Positions 24,901 to 39,900 of a stretch of DNA of 64,000 nt are shown piece after piece. The notes beneath the pieces were generated by a model, which saw only the letters and a program-made list of their open reading frames with translations, was not told the origin of the DNA and ran no database searches. The DNA lies in NCBI GenBank assembly GCA_030141605.1, contig JAQGDQ010000181.1, positions 145,981 to 209,980 on the forward strand, read 5' to 3'. The stretch is from Tubiluchus corallicola (lineage: Eukaryota > Animalia > Priapulida). The position numbers were made by a program, and so were the translations under genes. How positions within the stretch are numbered: position 1 is the stretch's first letter; every line of letters begins with the position of its first letter.

Positions 24901-27900
24901 ACTCTAGATTTGAGGGACCGTGCATTGTAGACAACAGCGCCTTGAAGTCAACAAGTATGACGTGCCAAAGGGCACAGCAACAAGGACCTACATAAATGTG
25001 CTCGCCAATCAACTCAGCCATAAACCACACTACAAATACGATGATGAGAAACGTTGCTATACCTCTCTGCTGCGTACTATAATCCAACAACACTTGAACA
25101 CATTCAGTCCAGCCTCTAGCACACGCTTCGTGTAGAGCTGTCCAACCCGCATTATCTCTTGCATTAACGAGTATTCCGGGGGTTTGTAACAATTCACGCA
25201 CTTCCTCCAGTCTGTTGCGCATACAAGCTAAATGCAAGCGTGTCTCCCCTATTAAAAGTAAATGAAATTGTAGTATGAAAGGCAAAAACAGTAAAACTTA
25301 ATTATAAATTTGCAAACCATTACGTTTAATTAACTATTAAATTGCTCTTTTCTGAATACCTTCCTATATATTGCTTTTAATCTTGATTATTAGAAACTTT
25401 TTCCAAACTGATTCACTACGACAAAATAAATTGTAAAATTAACACAAAATAATTCAAAATAATGAGCAAAACAAACTCCATATAATTTCAATACACAACG
25501 ATAAAAGAAGCAAAATTCAGGAAAGTATCAACATCACCCCTGGCAGCAAATGGTTGGGAAGTCTGGCATAATCCCCAAATTAAAAAACAGTAACCATGAA
25601 TACAAACTTTTAATTCCCCGCAACCAGAAATCAGAAATATGAAATAATCACTGCAAATCGTGTTACATTGTTTTTCAAACTAAGGACTAACCTGTAACTT
25701 AGACAAACATAATCTCAAAATACCTTTATAATTTTTCTTGTTGATGTCCATTTTTCTACCAGAAGATTTTCCTTTGTTTAAGACTGTGCGTGAATCCTTA
25801 ATAAAAACAAAATGTAAATATTAGATCAAGATTCTCCAAAGTGGTCAATAACTACCCCTGGTGGTCAATAGGACTACCCAAGGGGTCAATAAACATCTGG
25901 GGTCAAAATTTTATGCCCATATCTTGTGCAACTTACTTATTTATTATGATGCATTTTCCACGTATTTCAATAAGTTTAAACACTTTTATATTGAATTCCA
26001 ACATTATATTCAATATTTTGTACATTGCTTATGATTTCCACAGTAACAATAAACATTTTTCCTTTTTGTTTCCCTATGTTTAATTAGAGATATTCACAGG
26101 AGGAAGGAATACAGAACAACAGTTTTGCAGGGCTTGATAAGCAGTTTCCTTTACATATGTATTTGGAAAACAGTGTTCAGTATGCAGTTCCCCTCTCTAA
26201 TGTATATGAAAACTGTACATCTACTAAATTATTATTAATATTTATTTTTTTGTACATGCCTGGGGGTCGATGAGAAATCAAGGATTTCATGAAGGGGTCA
26301 ATGGTCTAACAAGTTTGGGAACCCCTGTATTGGATGTAAAATCTGTATGGTGTGATCTTAAGCCACTGATATGCTTAACTCAACTAAAGTTCAACTAAAC
26401 TCAGCCTAGATTCCAAAAAAATCGTCATCAAAATGCCAACAGAAATCTAACAACTTTCCTCGCTCAGCATTTTTTGTTGACATGTCTTTTATTTTCCAAG
26501 AGAGAAGGAAAACCATTGCTTCACAGATTCACAAGTGACATTGCCATTTTTTATAATCGCAAAAAGTAAATCAGAAAAGTCTGCCAACAAAAATGTTAAA
26601 TAACCATGACCATAGATGACCAAAATTAGACGACCATGGCACACTTGCAGTTTAGGTTGAACAACGAAAGTTGATATATAGAAAAATCAGTTAATCAGTG
26701 TTGCTGCTATAAATTTACTTTTGAAACTTGCACTTACAAATTTATCAGGCTTTGTCAAAGACAGATGTTTGGCATCTTTTCCTGGCAGTCGCAAAGTTAG
26801 GTGTCTAACACATTTCTTCGAAGTCACATGTCGAATGCACTTTTTTGGAGGCTGTTTGTTAGGAGATACGTGTCTAACAGTTTTCTTTGGACTTGGTCGT
26901 TCAACACAATTATTTGGAGACAAACGAACATCACTCTTCTTATGAGGCAAGTGTTTGGAGTGTCTTTCTTGAGACACATAATCAATATTATTGCTAACAG
27001 ACAAGTGTCCAATATGTCTACGAGGAGACAAATGTCCACTATGTCTATGCGGAGACAAATGTCCACTGTGTCTATGCGGAGACAAATGACCACTATATCT
27101 ATGTGGAGACAAGTGTCCACCAAGTCTTTGAGGAGACAAATGTCCTCCATGTCTAAGGGGAGACAAACGCACACTTGGCAAGACCAGATGATGATAATTA
27201 TGATGATGCTGATGATGTCTCTGTTTGACGGCAGAAGCTACAGCAGAACACAGCCAAGTTGGTTGAAGGAAAGACAGTGCACTGTGCATCTTACTCACAT
27301 TGTCACCAATGGCATCTGTAAAAGTTGATAAAGCATTTGACAAATTTTCTTTGCAGTAGATAAAATAAACTTAATGAATGGCATGAATATAAGGTCAAAT
27401 CCAAATAAAAATCTGACCAGGATAAGTCTGTCTGGTTAGGATATGACAAAGATGCCAGCTTAGGATATGACCTAGTCTGATCCCTCTGCACTTATCTGAT
27501 CTGATATGCTAGTATACTCTAGACTAGATTTGTCTCATGTGGTCTGAATTACCTGATCTAGTCTTGATCAATTTTATCTATTCCTACAAGATCAAGTCAA
27601 CAGCACTTGTCCAGTTTAGGCTGGCCTGGCCTGGCCTGCCATAGCCCTCTCTAGCCTTGTCTAAATTTAGTAATTAAGTCAAATTTAATTGATTCTAGTT
27701 AAGTCAATCATTCAATCAGGAATCTATCAAATCAAGTCACATAAGAGCCAGACCATGTTAGATCATCCTGAAAAGCGAGTCATTTAAATCATGTCGGAGG
27801 CAAATCAATCAATTAAGTGCAAATATTGTGATTTTCACTCAATTGAACTGTGTCAAGATCTACTTGTCATATTAAGCTGAATCAGGTCAGGTTAGGTCAA

Positions 27901-30900
27901 ACATACCTAACCACGCTAGTAAATATTTTAACAGCTGGAGAATATTTCACACAAATATTAATCAATGCTCATTTCACTATCTACGTTTTTGCTTCACTTT
28001 AGCAACAGCGATAAATCATACCGTAGATACAAGAAGCTAACTCTTTCACTAATGAAGAACGCATTTGATGTTTAACTCTATTGCACTCTGCTACCATGGT
28101 AACTAACCAAGCAATCATCGACGCCGTCTGTACCTGCAAATAAAAGAAATAAGGTTCTAAATTACAGTATAACAAAATCAAATCATAACATAAGAAAATC
28201 TAATGATATCTGGTTGCTAGAAATTCTTTAGCTGTCAGCTAATTTCAGCTATCATCCTTGCACTTGTGCTGTGCAAGACGTGCAAATACAAAAGTGAACT
28301 TTAACACAACTCATTTTCCACATTTCCATACATGCGCTTTCGACACAACTATAAACAAATTCATTGCGCTCTAACAGCAAGTGTATATCCTTCAAAATAA
28401 GATAATCTAATGCCACTCTAACTTTTAAAAAGTAAACTACTATGGTAAATGCAAAAATGCACATAAATTATATATAATTTTTTTATAAATTAAGTACCTG
28501 TTCTAATGAAGTATCCATATTATCCACAGCTGCAACTGCTGTGGCATAGCTTTTGACAAGAAACTGGACATGCTCATTCACAAAGCTAGAGTAATGATGA
28601 GGCCACATGATCGTCTCAATTAGTGACTTCTTGCAGGCACGAACACCTTTACCGTCTTCTGCAGCTCTAAAGCAAATTACTGCAATTATTTCATGCCATC
28701 CACAAACACAAACAATGAAAAAGTAACACAGAAATGTGAAACTTATAAGCAAAAAATAGCAAAAAAACACTAACGTTTTTGCCAACATACTAAGCTAAGA
28801 ATCTGAAAATTGTTACATTCAACAGCAAAAATTAAACAGCAATAAAACCAACCAAACCAAAAAAACAACTAATTTTCCAATAACTCACTGATACAGAGTT
28901 AGAGTAACTTATTAACAGCGACATTCATTTGCTTCATTTTTCCGCTTCTACATTTTAGATCTGTACCATAAACAATAAAACTGATATTTCACACTCATGC
29001 ATGATAGCCATATGAAATGCTTGTTGCAGAATTGTGCAGATTAAATGAATGAAACTTTTATGCAAAGCAATACATAATAAGTCATTCCATTTCATTTCTT
29101 CTGGAACTTAACATAACAAAATAGTCATTTTGTTAAATTAAACCTTCATTTATCAAGCAAACTTCAGTGTGACACTTCAACTACATATATACTGGGCACA
29201 TAAGATAACGGAAATTAAAATTAATTTACTTTGCCTATAACTCAATGGCGCTACCTGTGATTATTTACTATTTCATTTTAAATGAAAAGGATAGCGGACT
29301 AGACGGCCTCTTGGTTAGCTCGCTATCCTCTCTCCTTTCACTTGCATTAGTAGCTATTAGCCTTTCTTTATCTGTATATACCATTGTACTCTTACTACAA
29401 TAGACTGGTTACTATATATTTTGTAACCTGGTGGAGAAAAATCACTTTTTTTAATTCAATTCAACTCAATTCAATAAATGACTCAAAACCAGGCCTAAGC
29501 ACCAATGTCAACCCCTGCACACATGATAATTAAAACTCCATTTCAAGATGTAGGCACAGTAAATAGATTAAACTTCTTTTGGAGAGTAAAGTACAATAAA
29601 TCAGATTCATTTTTCAGAGCTAAGAACACTAAACAGAATAAATTCCTTTTGCACAGCTCATATGCATAACAAAAAAAATAAAATCATTTTGCAAAGCATT
29701 GTACGATAAACAAACTGAAACTGCAACATGTGGCTGAACAATAAACTAGGCTTAGTGAGTATTCAGACTAGTGAGTATTCTGTTGCGAGTTTTCTCTCCG
29801 ACAGCAAGTGTGAACTGCTTTGAGACTTAATGTCAGCAAGAAATTCCAAACCCTCCGACCGTTGCCGTAAACCAATTTCCTGTGAGTTACTGTCTAGTAA
29901 CTGCGAGTTACTGTGTAGTATGTCACAGGAAACTGCAAATGTCTCAGCGAGCTTCTTGCAGTGAATGAAAAATTGACTGTCAATTCGTGTTTACTGTCGG
30001 AAAGCAGTTCACAGCAAGTTTTGCTCTCTAGTCAGAACACGCTAGTGTTATTTGGCGAGTTAACCTACCGAGAAAACTCACTAGTCTGAATGCGCCATTA
30101 ATCAATAAGAACTATAAGAGGAAAGCAAAATCACATTTAAGATAAAGTGCAGCAAAATCTCATTTGCACCGCTAAAATGAAGGAAGACTTGTACTAGGCG
30201 TATTCCTTGAAAAAATTCTGCAGAAAATATATTACCTTCTAAGACTAGAACGGTGATTCATCTCAAGCAAAGTGACAAGATAGGTAAGCAGTATCACATA
30301 GCGATGCCGTACATCTGCAATTTCAAGATGAGGGCTTTGTTCATCTTCATCATTTTTAACGTCACCTTGACAACCACTGTAATAAAGTTTAACATTTTTT
30401 AAACATTATTAAATTTAAAATTCAAGCACATCAATTAAAAGGCTTTGATCTATGAAGGCAAACATGTGACTAGCAAAACCATATTTATCTAAAAATGACA
30501 AGGACGTCTTCAGTCATACGTATTAATTCTGCCAAATCATCTAAAGGCTCTCGTGTTGTAATTTTTCATCAGTTTGCCAAATCTATAATCAGTAAATAAG
30601 ATAAATTAAAGTTTAGATGTTTTAAAAGTCAGTGCTTTTGCAAGTAACAAGTTTCATAATAATTACACGTGTTACAAGTGTGAATGCTTTTTAGACAATG
30701 CTGGTGTTATGGTATGTAATGAATGTGATATAAACTGCTTCAATTAAAAAAATTAACTGAAGGCATGCTCGGTTTGTGTAGAATTTATAAACTAATGCTA
30801 TCTTAAGATGCCATCTTAATGCTATCTTAAGGTGGCTTGCGTTGAACTACATGTTCGTTGCGTTGAACTATATTGCGTTGAAATATATGTAAAAATCTGC

Positions 30901-33900
30901 AAAACACTTACTGTAACACTTCTTCAATAAATTCCCAAGGATTCAAATTACCCTTGGGCTCATCTTCGGGTAGCAAGAAGGAATGCAAATAAACCTTTGC
31001 CATTTTCCGCACTGGGGGATGATACGATAACACTTGGCGTAAAAGCCTCAGCGCTTTTTCGGCAATGGCTAAGTGCGGCGATTTCTAAAACAATTTCAAA
31101 TAAAAATTTTTAAGTTCCATGTATAATTGTCAGATGATTAATCATTTTTCATGAGCAAGTGAATGGAAAACAAATGTAACTTCATAATGCAAGACATGCG
31201 GAAAAGTATGTTGAGAATATCAACTTTTGAAAGTCACGGGTCTGGGTTATTAGTCTTAGTGAATTCAGACTACCATGGAGATGATACAGTCATACCTCCG
31301 TTTTCGAACGTCTCCGTACTCGTACAAATTGGTTTTCGACCAGAAAATTCGAGCTGAAATTGTCTCCGTTCTCGACCAGAATTTCGGTACTCGACCAACC
31401 GCCAAACACGTGATGAACGTATGCGCGGCTAGCCAAGTAGAGACGAGCGTAACCGACCGCCCCCGAGAGTAGTTATACACAAGATTTGAATCGCCTAACA
31501 TCGCTAACTGCTTTCTACGCTTATTTTTTTCTGCTTTTTCATGCAGGAACAATTATGTTTTTCTTTTTAAGTAATTCTATTATGTTTTTCTTATCAATTA
31601 TATCATATCTACTGTTTGAATAAACATTTTTGCATTATTATTTTTCGCTTTAGTAATACTTTACAGTTCATTTGGTGTTTGAGAACGGATTATTTGCTTT
31701 CACATTATTTCTTATGGGAATAAATGATTCGGTTCTCAACCAAATCGGTTTTCAAACACTTTTTAGGAACGAATTATGGTCGAAAACAGAGGTATGACTG
31801 TAATGCTAATAACATTATAGACCGGTCGCAACAATCATGAGTTACAAATGAATTACATTTTGTGTAAAATTTAATGACGTTAGTAAATACGTATGCTTTT
31901 GAGAAGTTCTCCATTGAGCATGCTGTTGATTACACCAAATCAGTGCACCTAACAAGCATCACAAATGAGTGCTGAGTGGCTACTGCTGGCTTGTTGCCAA
32001 GACTATTACAGATTGCCCATATAATAGCTGCTGCCAAAACTGATATAACTTTGTACAAAATGAAACAAAATAATATTTTGCATCCAATAGAGCCCAGTTT
32101 TCTATTGTCATACAGCAATCATCAGTGTTCAGTTCAGGATTTTAGTTTGTTAGACTAAGCTCTTTTTCACATTTAATATGAGCAAGGTCTCAATAGACAG
32201 GTATCAGTTCACTTTCAATTTCCAAATTTTTAATTACAAGCAATTGAATTTGGAGGCAACACTGTTAGCACATTACAAGCGATAAAAGAGGTAACACTTT
32301 AATTACAGCAGAACAATTTGAAATTTCCATAAAATTCTCACTTTTAGAGATTTGGTGCTAAGGAAAGTTATCGTTGCCGAAAATTGCCCAAAGAGTTTTG
32401 CAAAAGCCGGCGTCTCCTCTGTGTTTCAAGTTTCAAGAAAAAGCACGCATTTTCACAATGTTCAAAACTATTTTCCAACTTACCAGTATCAACAGTCTCA
32501 TAATCTTATGCAGCACGTATTCTGGAGGATAACGGTTGATACTGAGAAGTGACTGTATAATGTCCACTGCTTGCGGCCAAAAGCGAATGTAGTCCAAGTG
32601 TGCATCAATCAGCTGAACGGAAACGTGCGCAAACTGGCACACCTTTGCGGGTTCGAAAGTATCGGCACCTGTATGGTAGTCGAAAGGAATGACAACATTT
32701 TCCGGAAACATCCGCATATCTGAGCATCCCTAAAAGTACAAAAAAAGAAGGGATAAAAGTGGCCTGGTTTTATCACATGGTATACATAACTCAGTACTAT
32801 CTAGCAATGTGCAAATCAAAATAATAACAGAAGATTTCGTGAAAGAGGAACCTTTTAGAATTCAGTGTACTATACCCACAAGTTATGTTAGTATGCAAAT
32901 AGGCGATTGAGAAGACCATTGAGAAGACAATTTGCAAAAGCGATTCCAAGGTTCAGACTGTAAGATGCAGTTCAAGGGTAGCCAAAGCAATTGTATTATC
33001 ATTTATAAAACAGTAAGTCCTTGCTTAAAGACGCTAATGTGTCCCAGCAAAATGAGACATCAAGCAAAACGTCTTTAAATGAAGCCAAAACTTCTACAGA
33101 AAATAATGTAAAAGAAGTGAGATACATTCCAGGGGCAAAAATCAATATTGCAAAAATCAAATAAATTAAACAGTTTATGAGTTTTATTTATATTTCTAGT
33201 GATTAATTTCTTTCTGCTTGCTTGAAACTATCTACGTTTATTACCAAACCTAGCTAGCAGTTGCTCTCTCATTAATGTTGAAGCCCTAGGCAGTTAGCGG
33301 GTAAAACTGCATAGGGAAAGCCTAGCCCTGGGATGACCTTTCTTCTAGATATTCAGTCTTGGTTGCTATAGCAACGGGTTGCAGGTAACGAAACAGAAAC
33401 ATATAACAACTGTACTGTTTTATATTACTAGTGCATTTTAAGAACAGAATAATGCAATATATACTATTTTGGTGATTTAAATTAAATAAAAATTTTTTTG
33501 ATAAAATAAAAAATGGTTTGTCAAATGTTCGACGTCGTTAAAACAAAATGTCCCTAAATGAGGGGTCGTTAAGCGAGGTCTTACTGTACAGGAAATCAAT
33601 CAGCCTGCTTTAATCTGACAGGAACAGTAGTTAAAAGTCAACTTACCAGCCTATACTGTGGATTACTGAAAACATGTAGCATATTTACAAATTCTTTGGA
33701 CGGAAGAAGCGTTGTTAAATATAACTGACATACAAGTTCGTCTAGGCGTTTTTTACATGGAGCGATTGTCTGATCAAGCATGTCAGCCTCATTAGAAATA
33801 TCACGAACCAACGCTGCCGGCATTTCCTCATCAGCTGACATCTCAGAAACATCAGCACCACCTGATGGCGAAGTTTCGAGGACGGGATGCGCCACATTGT

Positions 33901-36900
33901 TCTCCTTATTATCACCTTGCACGTTTTTCTTCGAGAGGCATTTGTCAAACAACGAAGCTGCATGATTTTTACTTAAAATTTGCAAACCTAAACTTCCTGA
34001 ATAACTCCGGTCTGTCCTCTTCACAAGTGTAGCATTTTCACTAATGGCAGAATTATCAAGAAGAAAATGTCTCGTCATTTCCGCGAGCACCTTATTATCA
34101 CTGCCTTCTAACAGCTCACTAGCGGTTCTTAAAGGCACGTCAGTATCACAAGTTCCAGAATCGCTAGAACTACCGTTATCAGTTTTCTCCAAACTGTCAC
34201 TCCGCGAACTGCGTTTTCCTACAGTATTTACACCCACGTTACCGTCACAGTTTCCGGCATCTTCACATCTTCCTAGACTCATGTTTCCGCTAATTTCATT
34301 AGTGAATAACTGGAAGAGGTTTCTAGTAATGTGTGCACAAGTTGGTGATGGACGAGCGATGGCAGCTGGGGTACCCTCGTCAATGCCAGATTCTTCACCG
34401 GTTTTTGAAGTATCTGTAAATAATTCATCACTGCTATTAAACTACTTATTCCCTGATGAATATCAAAGGAAAAAATATCTCACAAAAAATCACTTATTAT
34501 TGTCAGTTATTTCCTACAATTAATCAGAACAGTTTAGCAGAAGACTACTTTTTACGTTAACAAACAAACTAAAATACCTTTGGTCCCCTACATCTGCATC
34601 CCTAGATAACATCACTAAGTTAATCTAGTGATGTTATCGAAGCACATCAACAGTAAAAAGAAGAACCATTCTTGATAAGCACGAGCAGAAATGCGTTTGA
34701 AGCACATTGTAATTAATACTGTCATGAGCATTATGATTAAACAATGATTTTGGTACATAAACATTAGTTGTCTCCTAATATTAGTTATAACAAAGCTAAA
34801 CAATGCCCAACAGCAAGGGTCTGCTGCCACTGTATGAAAGTTGAGAAATTCAATGCAAGATCGTTAGTCACAATCGAATCATTCGTAAAATTTACAAAGC
34901 TTCTAGTTCTCAGAAGCACCGTTCATGATGAGCATAAGCCATAATTTCAAAAGGGGGATTCTACTCCACACAGTGACATCGTTGACAATGTAAAAACAAT
35001 GCATCATGTCTCATTGAGAAGAATTTACAATTTATAAATCAGGCACTCAATGGTGTTTTAGTTTACTTCACTGTGCATTGAGTACCACCACTTGAATCAT
35101 CATCATTGTTTAAAACTTTAAATGTACCTTTACTGGTGCAAGAATTTCCACACTCGTCGGATATGAGATATTACACACAGAAAAAAAGAGAATTAAGTTT
35201 GTTTTAGAAATAGACTTCTGCTTTGTAAATTTTAGCTGGTTTGTTTTATTTCAAATATCTAACAAAATAAAGTTCAATTGAAGTTGAAAATTTAAATTGA
35301 AATAAGCATGAAACAGGTGTAAAAAAGCAAATAACCAGCAAAACCACGACGCAAGATCAATCAGTCACATTAAGGTTAGTGCACAGCATAAGGCATTTAC
35401 CTGTTGTGACTAGACGATCGACAGCAACTGATGCCGTTGCCTTAACAGCAGACTTGATTAAATTGTCTACAATTTCTTTGCAAATGTCAATCTTCTCACC
35501 TTCAAAAACTATGAAAATGTAAACGTTTTTTTAAAGAAATATTTAAACATGAATGTTGCATTTGTTAAATGTAGTTGAAAAAAACATTGCTAGTTTTACA
35601 CATGACATTACACAGTTTAATTCTGTTTTCAAAATTACTGCTATAGAAAATTAGTTACATTAATTGCCAATTTGCTACGCAGTCTTTAGTTTAAAGCTGC
35701 TTTATTAACATACGACTATTACAATTTTTTGATGAGAATGATTTATAATCTTAATGTCAATGATTATTATTAAAGAAGGTAGAAGGTGCAAACCACACTG
35801 AATTAATTAAATTTAAAATTAATTGAATGAAACAAAGCATTGAAAAATAGGAAGTATGAAAAAGTAACACAGCACAGATCTGAATCACAGACCTACTGCT
35901 TATAAGAGAGAGACCATAACAGCTGAGCTACTATGTTCCTAAGCAATCATGAACAGTATATAATTCATCCCTTAAAGAACTGGTTAGCAAATTTCAGCAC
36001 TTTCAAACATGTGATGAACAACATGGTAATTTAACATTTAGGGTGCCTGCCTTGTAAGCAAAAGATCCTTAGTTCAAATACTGATGTGTTCCACTTTTTT
36101 CCACTTCACATTTCATGCTTTTCATAATTTGGTTTTAAAATGTCGTAATTTTAACTAATTATGCCATAATTAACAATCATAAAGTTAAGATCATCAATAA
36201 TTAATTAAGAATCCACAGGAAATTTGGGCTTAAAATTAATCAAAATTCAAACTAATCAAATCACTTTATCGTGAGCAAAATAACATTGGAAATGCTGAAT
36301 TGCTGGCTGCCAGCCTTAAGGTATTTAACTTTATTGTTTTGGCGCATTAAGACTAGCGAGTTTTTCTCTTTGGCTAAATGTTTAGCAGTAACTCGCAGCA
36401 AGTTTTGAATACATTTACGAGCTACTGCGAGTTTACTTGATGAGAAAATTTGGTGCAAAAACAGAAAACAAATGCACTTACCTTTTTCGTCTTGGTCTGT
36501 CCCGGTAAACAAGCGTTTGGTGGGAGTTGGCGAAAAATGTGCATCAGTGGATGTTCGTTTTGCCGGCGTGATGGTAAAACTTGTTTCAGATTCCTGTGAA
36601 GAGGTTGTTGATTTGGGTAGTATAAAATTTGCCATGTTATCTGCACCATTTTGCTGGAAAATATACAAAAGTAACGAAAAATGCAAAGTTAATCCAACCA
36701 AAAAAAACAAACATGTTTCATGCAATAAATTAAAATGTGTTTCACTGAAATCAACGTCTGGATTATCAAAAACACCTACTCTCCATCTCAACATTCAGAA
36801 GTTGCCTAATACTTGCCCATTTTATATTTGTAGATGAATGTCATACAGGTGTTAACATCTTAAATAAATGAATGAATGAAGTCATCTTTATAATGAAAGT

Positions 36901-39900
36901 TATTAAAGTTTCAATATCTCACATTTTAAATAAAGCTGAGTGAAACCAGTAAAACCAGATCATTAAACTACACCATAGCAGCACGCTTAGTTAATCAATG
37001 ATAGGCATTACATTAAGAGTTAAATAATTACTATTACCACCAGCTTGCTGTGTTAAGCAGCTAAGCTATGTTCAGAAAATATATTCCGCATCAAGAGTAT
37101 TTTTGTGATGTGAACACAGGGTAACATTCATTTTAATAACACTTCTACCTTGACTGAAACTTTTTGGTTAAATTTATCATCAAAGCGCAGCGTCAGAACA
37201 GAATGCACGCACGGCGATTCAAAGCAAACAGAGCTGCTATATACACCACATTGAAAGCTCTTATATAAAACGGCAAGCTCCATTCTGATAGAAAGCACCT
37301 TAAACAAAATCACACAAACAGCTAACAGTTAAGATAGAAACAAGTCAAGGAGTCAACTTCTATTGCATAAGTATAGCTTAAAACTGCCTAGTGAAGTATA
37401 AAAAAACACCGAGGTTTCAACAAATTCCATCCAACGTAAATTTTGAATCCATTTTTACATACCTTAAGTATTGTTTCTCCAATGTACTCTGGAGCTAAAT
37501 GTGGTGCAGCACACTCAACATACTGCTGCACAAACTTCAGCTGCCTTTCCGACACAAAAATGTGAGTTATTTCATCACCTAATGTACTTGTCGCTGTTAA
37601 TGGAAGTTTAGCTTGAGTAGCCATACCGCCTCCCAGTTCTATTAACCTGCAAAAAATTGTCCGCATAACAAACATGTGGAATACTGTCATCAATTAATTA
37701 CTCAAAGAGGTATTTTAAGTGTGATTATCCATAACTAATGGTTTAATAAAAGAACAATTAATCTTATGGCAAGTTTTTTACAGAAAAAGATGATGCTGAA
37801 ATAACTGTAAATACATAGGGATTTGAAACTGCGATCAGTAATTACGTCTACTTGCTCTAACCATCTCAGCTAGCAGGTCTGAAGGCATCCCTATAACAGA
37901 CCAGCCACAGAGCGCCACCTATAACCTTGCACAATAGGATGTTGTCGTTCAGTTAATTAATTAATTAATCAATTAACTGATGATTAACTCACTTAAAGTG
38001 ATGTTACTCACAATTAAAATGCATTTTGAGTGAGAAAATTGTTAATTACTAGCTAACTGATTAACCAATCACCTGATTACTGAACAACAATTAATCTATT
38101 GTCACGCATTGTCAGAATTGAGAATTATGTATTAAATACAATCCAAAATGCAATGATCTTCTTGCAAAATGGCAAACAAGAATAGACTGAACATTTTCTC
38201 CACAATAGTCTAACAGGGAATGAAAAGGGAAATTTAAAACATACACATTCCATAGAGTGTTATATTATTTAGAATTATGCTTTCCTGTTTGAAAGACTTA
38301 CGTAACTGGGTTTTTTTTGTGTTCGCGTCACCTGCAATGCCATCCCAGCGTACATTACTGATTTGCCAAAAAAACATCATTAATCTTATTATCAGTATAA
38401 AATAGTTTAATGTTTTGCTTAGTTAGCAAAACAAACCACCATTAAACTGCCTGTGTCTAACTAATGAATTCTGATTAGTCAGTATTAAACAGCCTTGGCA
38501 CTAAATACATTACTGTGAAATCAGAGCCTTTTAAACAATAGAAACTGAGTAAACCCCTGCAGGCCCCCTTAAATTTCTGGTAGGATCTGTCTTTTACCCA
38601 CCCAGGGTCTGTCATTTTGTAATAGGGTTACACCTGGTCATTTTGCACTTTCAGGTTATTATTTTCTGGTATAGCAGTGATTGCTAATATTAACTAATAT
38701 TAACAAAATGACCTAAACTGTTCTATTAGCTGTTGCAAAGCAGTACATTTGCTAGTTTTAGATATATCTGCTTTTAATTGCACTGCTGTCAAGTACATTG
38801 CATAAATTGTTCTGATTAAGATCGATACAATTTTGACAAAAACAAAAGAGGAGCAAGTAAAAAAATAAATTAAAAGTAGAAATAGCTCTCTTAACATTGG
38901 GATGGTGAATGCACTACTGTTTTACTAGGTGATGTGCATGTTGTAAATTATTAACAATGTAATCTTTTCCAGTTACAAAAGTCTTTTAAACAAGAAAGCT
39001 AAAAGTGCTCTCAGATACCTTCAAAATGTCACGAAATGCAGAAAAATACAAGAAATTCTTTATGAACATTATCGGCAAAGAAAAGTTGATTAACTTGTCT
39101 TTTAAGCAATGGTTAAACGTTTATAAAAACACTGTAAATATTTATTAGTTTCGAACAAAATAAGTTGTCCAGAACATAAAATCTCTCTTAAAGTGGCCAT
39201 GGCTGCTTCAAAAATGTCCTCAAAAGCAGCAAACTGCAATGGCAAAAGCGCTTACAGTGCTCCCTCCAGACTAGGCCCCTAACTACTCTCGTTAGGCTCT
39301 TGGGTAAGATAATCCTCGAGGCACAATTTCTCAAAAAGGTGCTGATTGAAATGCAGTGTGTATAATCCATTGTTGTTACAAGAACAAATACATCAAATCA
39401 TGCTGAGGCTGTCTGTATAACTTACGAGGTGACTGACACTTGTGGAAGTCAACCAACCAGGAAATGGTGCATTTCTAGCTTTATTTTAGTAACATAGTTT
39501 AAATTTGAGACACTAAAATTAAATTTTATTTAATAACAAAAGTAACGCATAACTATAACTTACTTCTTAGTTTAAACAAAATTTTTTATTGAAGATGTAA
39601 CATCGAACTAGAAATAGACAGTTTTACAACTGATATATGTTCCGCCCTAGTGGGATGAAACGCTAGAGGCAAATGCAGAACAAGAGCGACCACAATGTAC
39701 AAGAAATGTTGCAATAAATATGAACATTAAAATATAATGAGAGTAACACAGTTAATACTATTTACTGCACTAAAACAAAATTTTGAATGTTCACAGAATT
39801 ATCTAGGGTATGGTTACCATGCAGGAACACACGTACAAGTTCATTTGTTGCAAGACTGTAAACATTGATGTTAAAATTTGACTAAAGAGTGCAGAGATTT

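Noticed and set aside
26801-27328. 175-aa plus-strand Met/Arg-rich ORF
   Set aside because: Antisense shadow of the 27-bp coding repeat in SLF1 exon 14.
35820-36135. Functional tRNA-Thr genes
   Set aside because: Stems and A/B boxes are too degenerate in both arms; treated as a tRNA-derived repeat.
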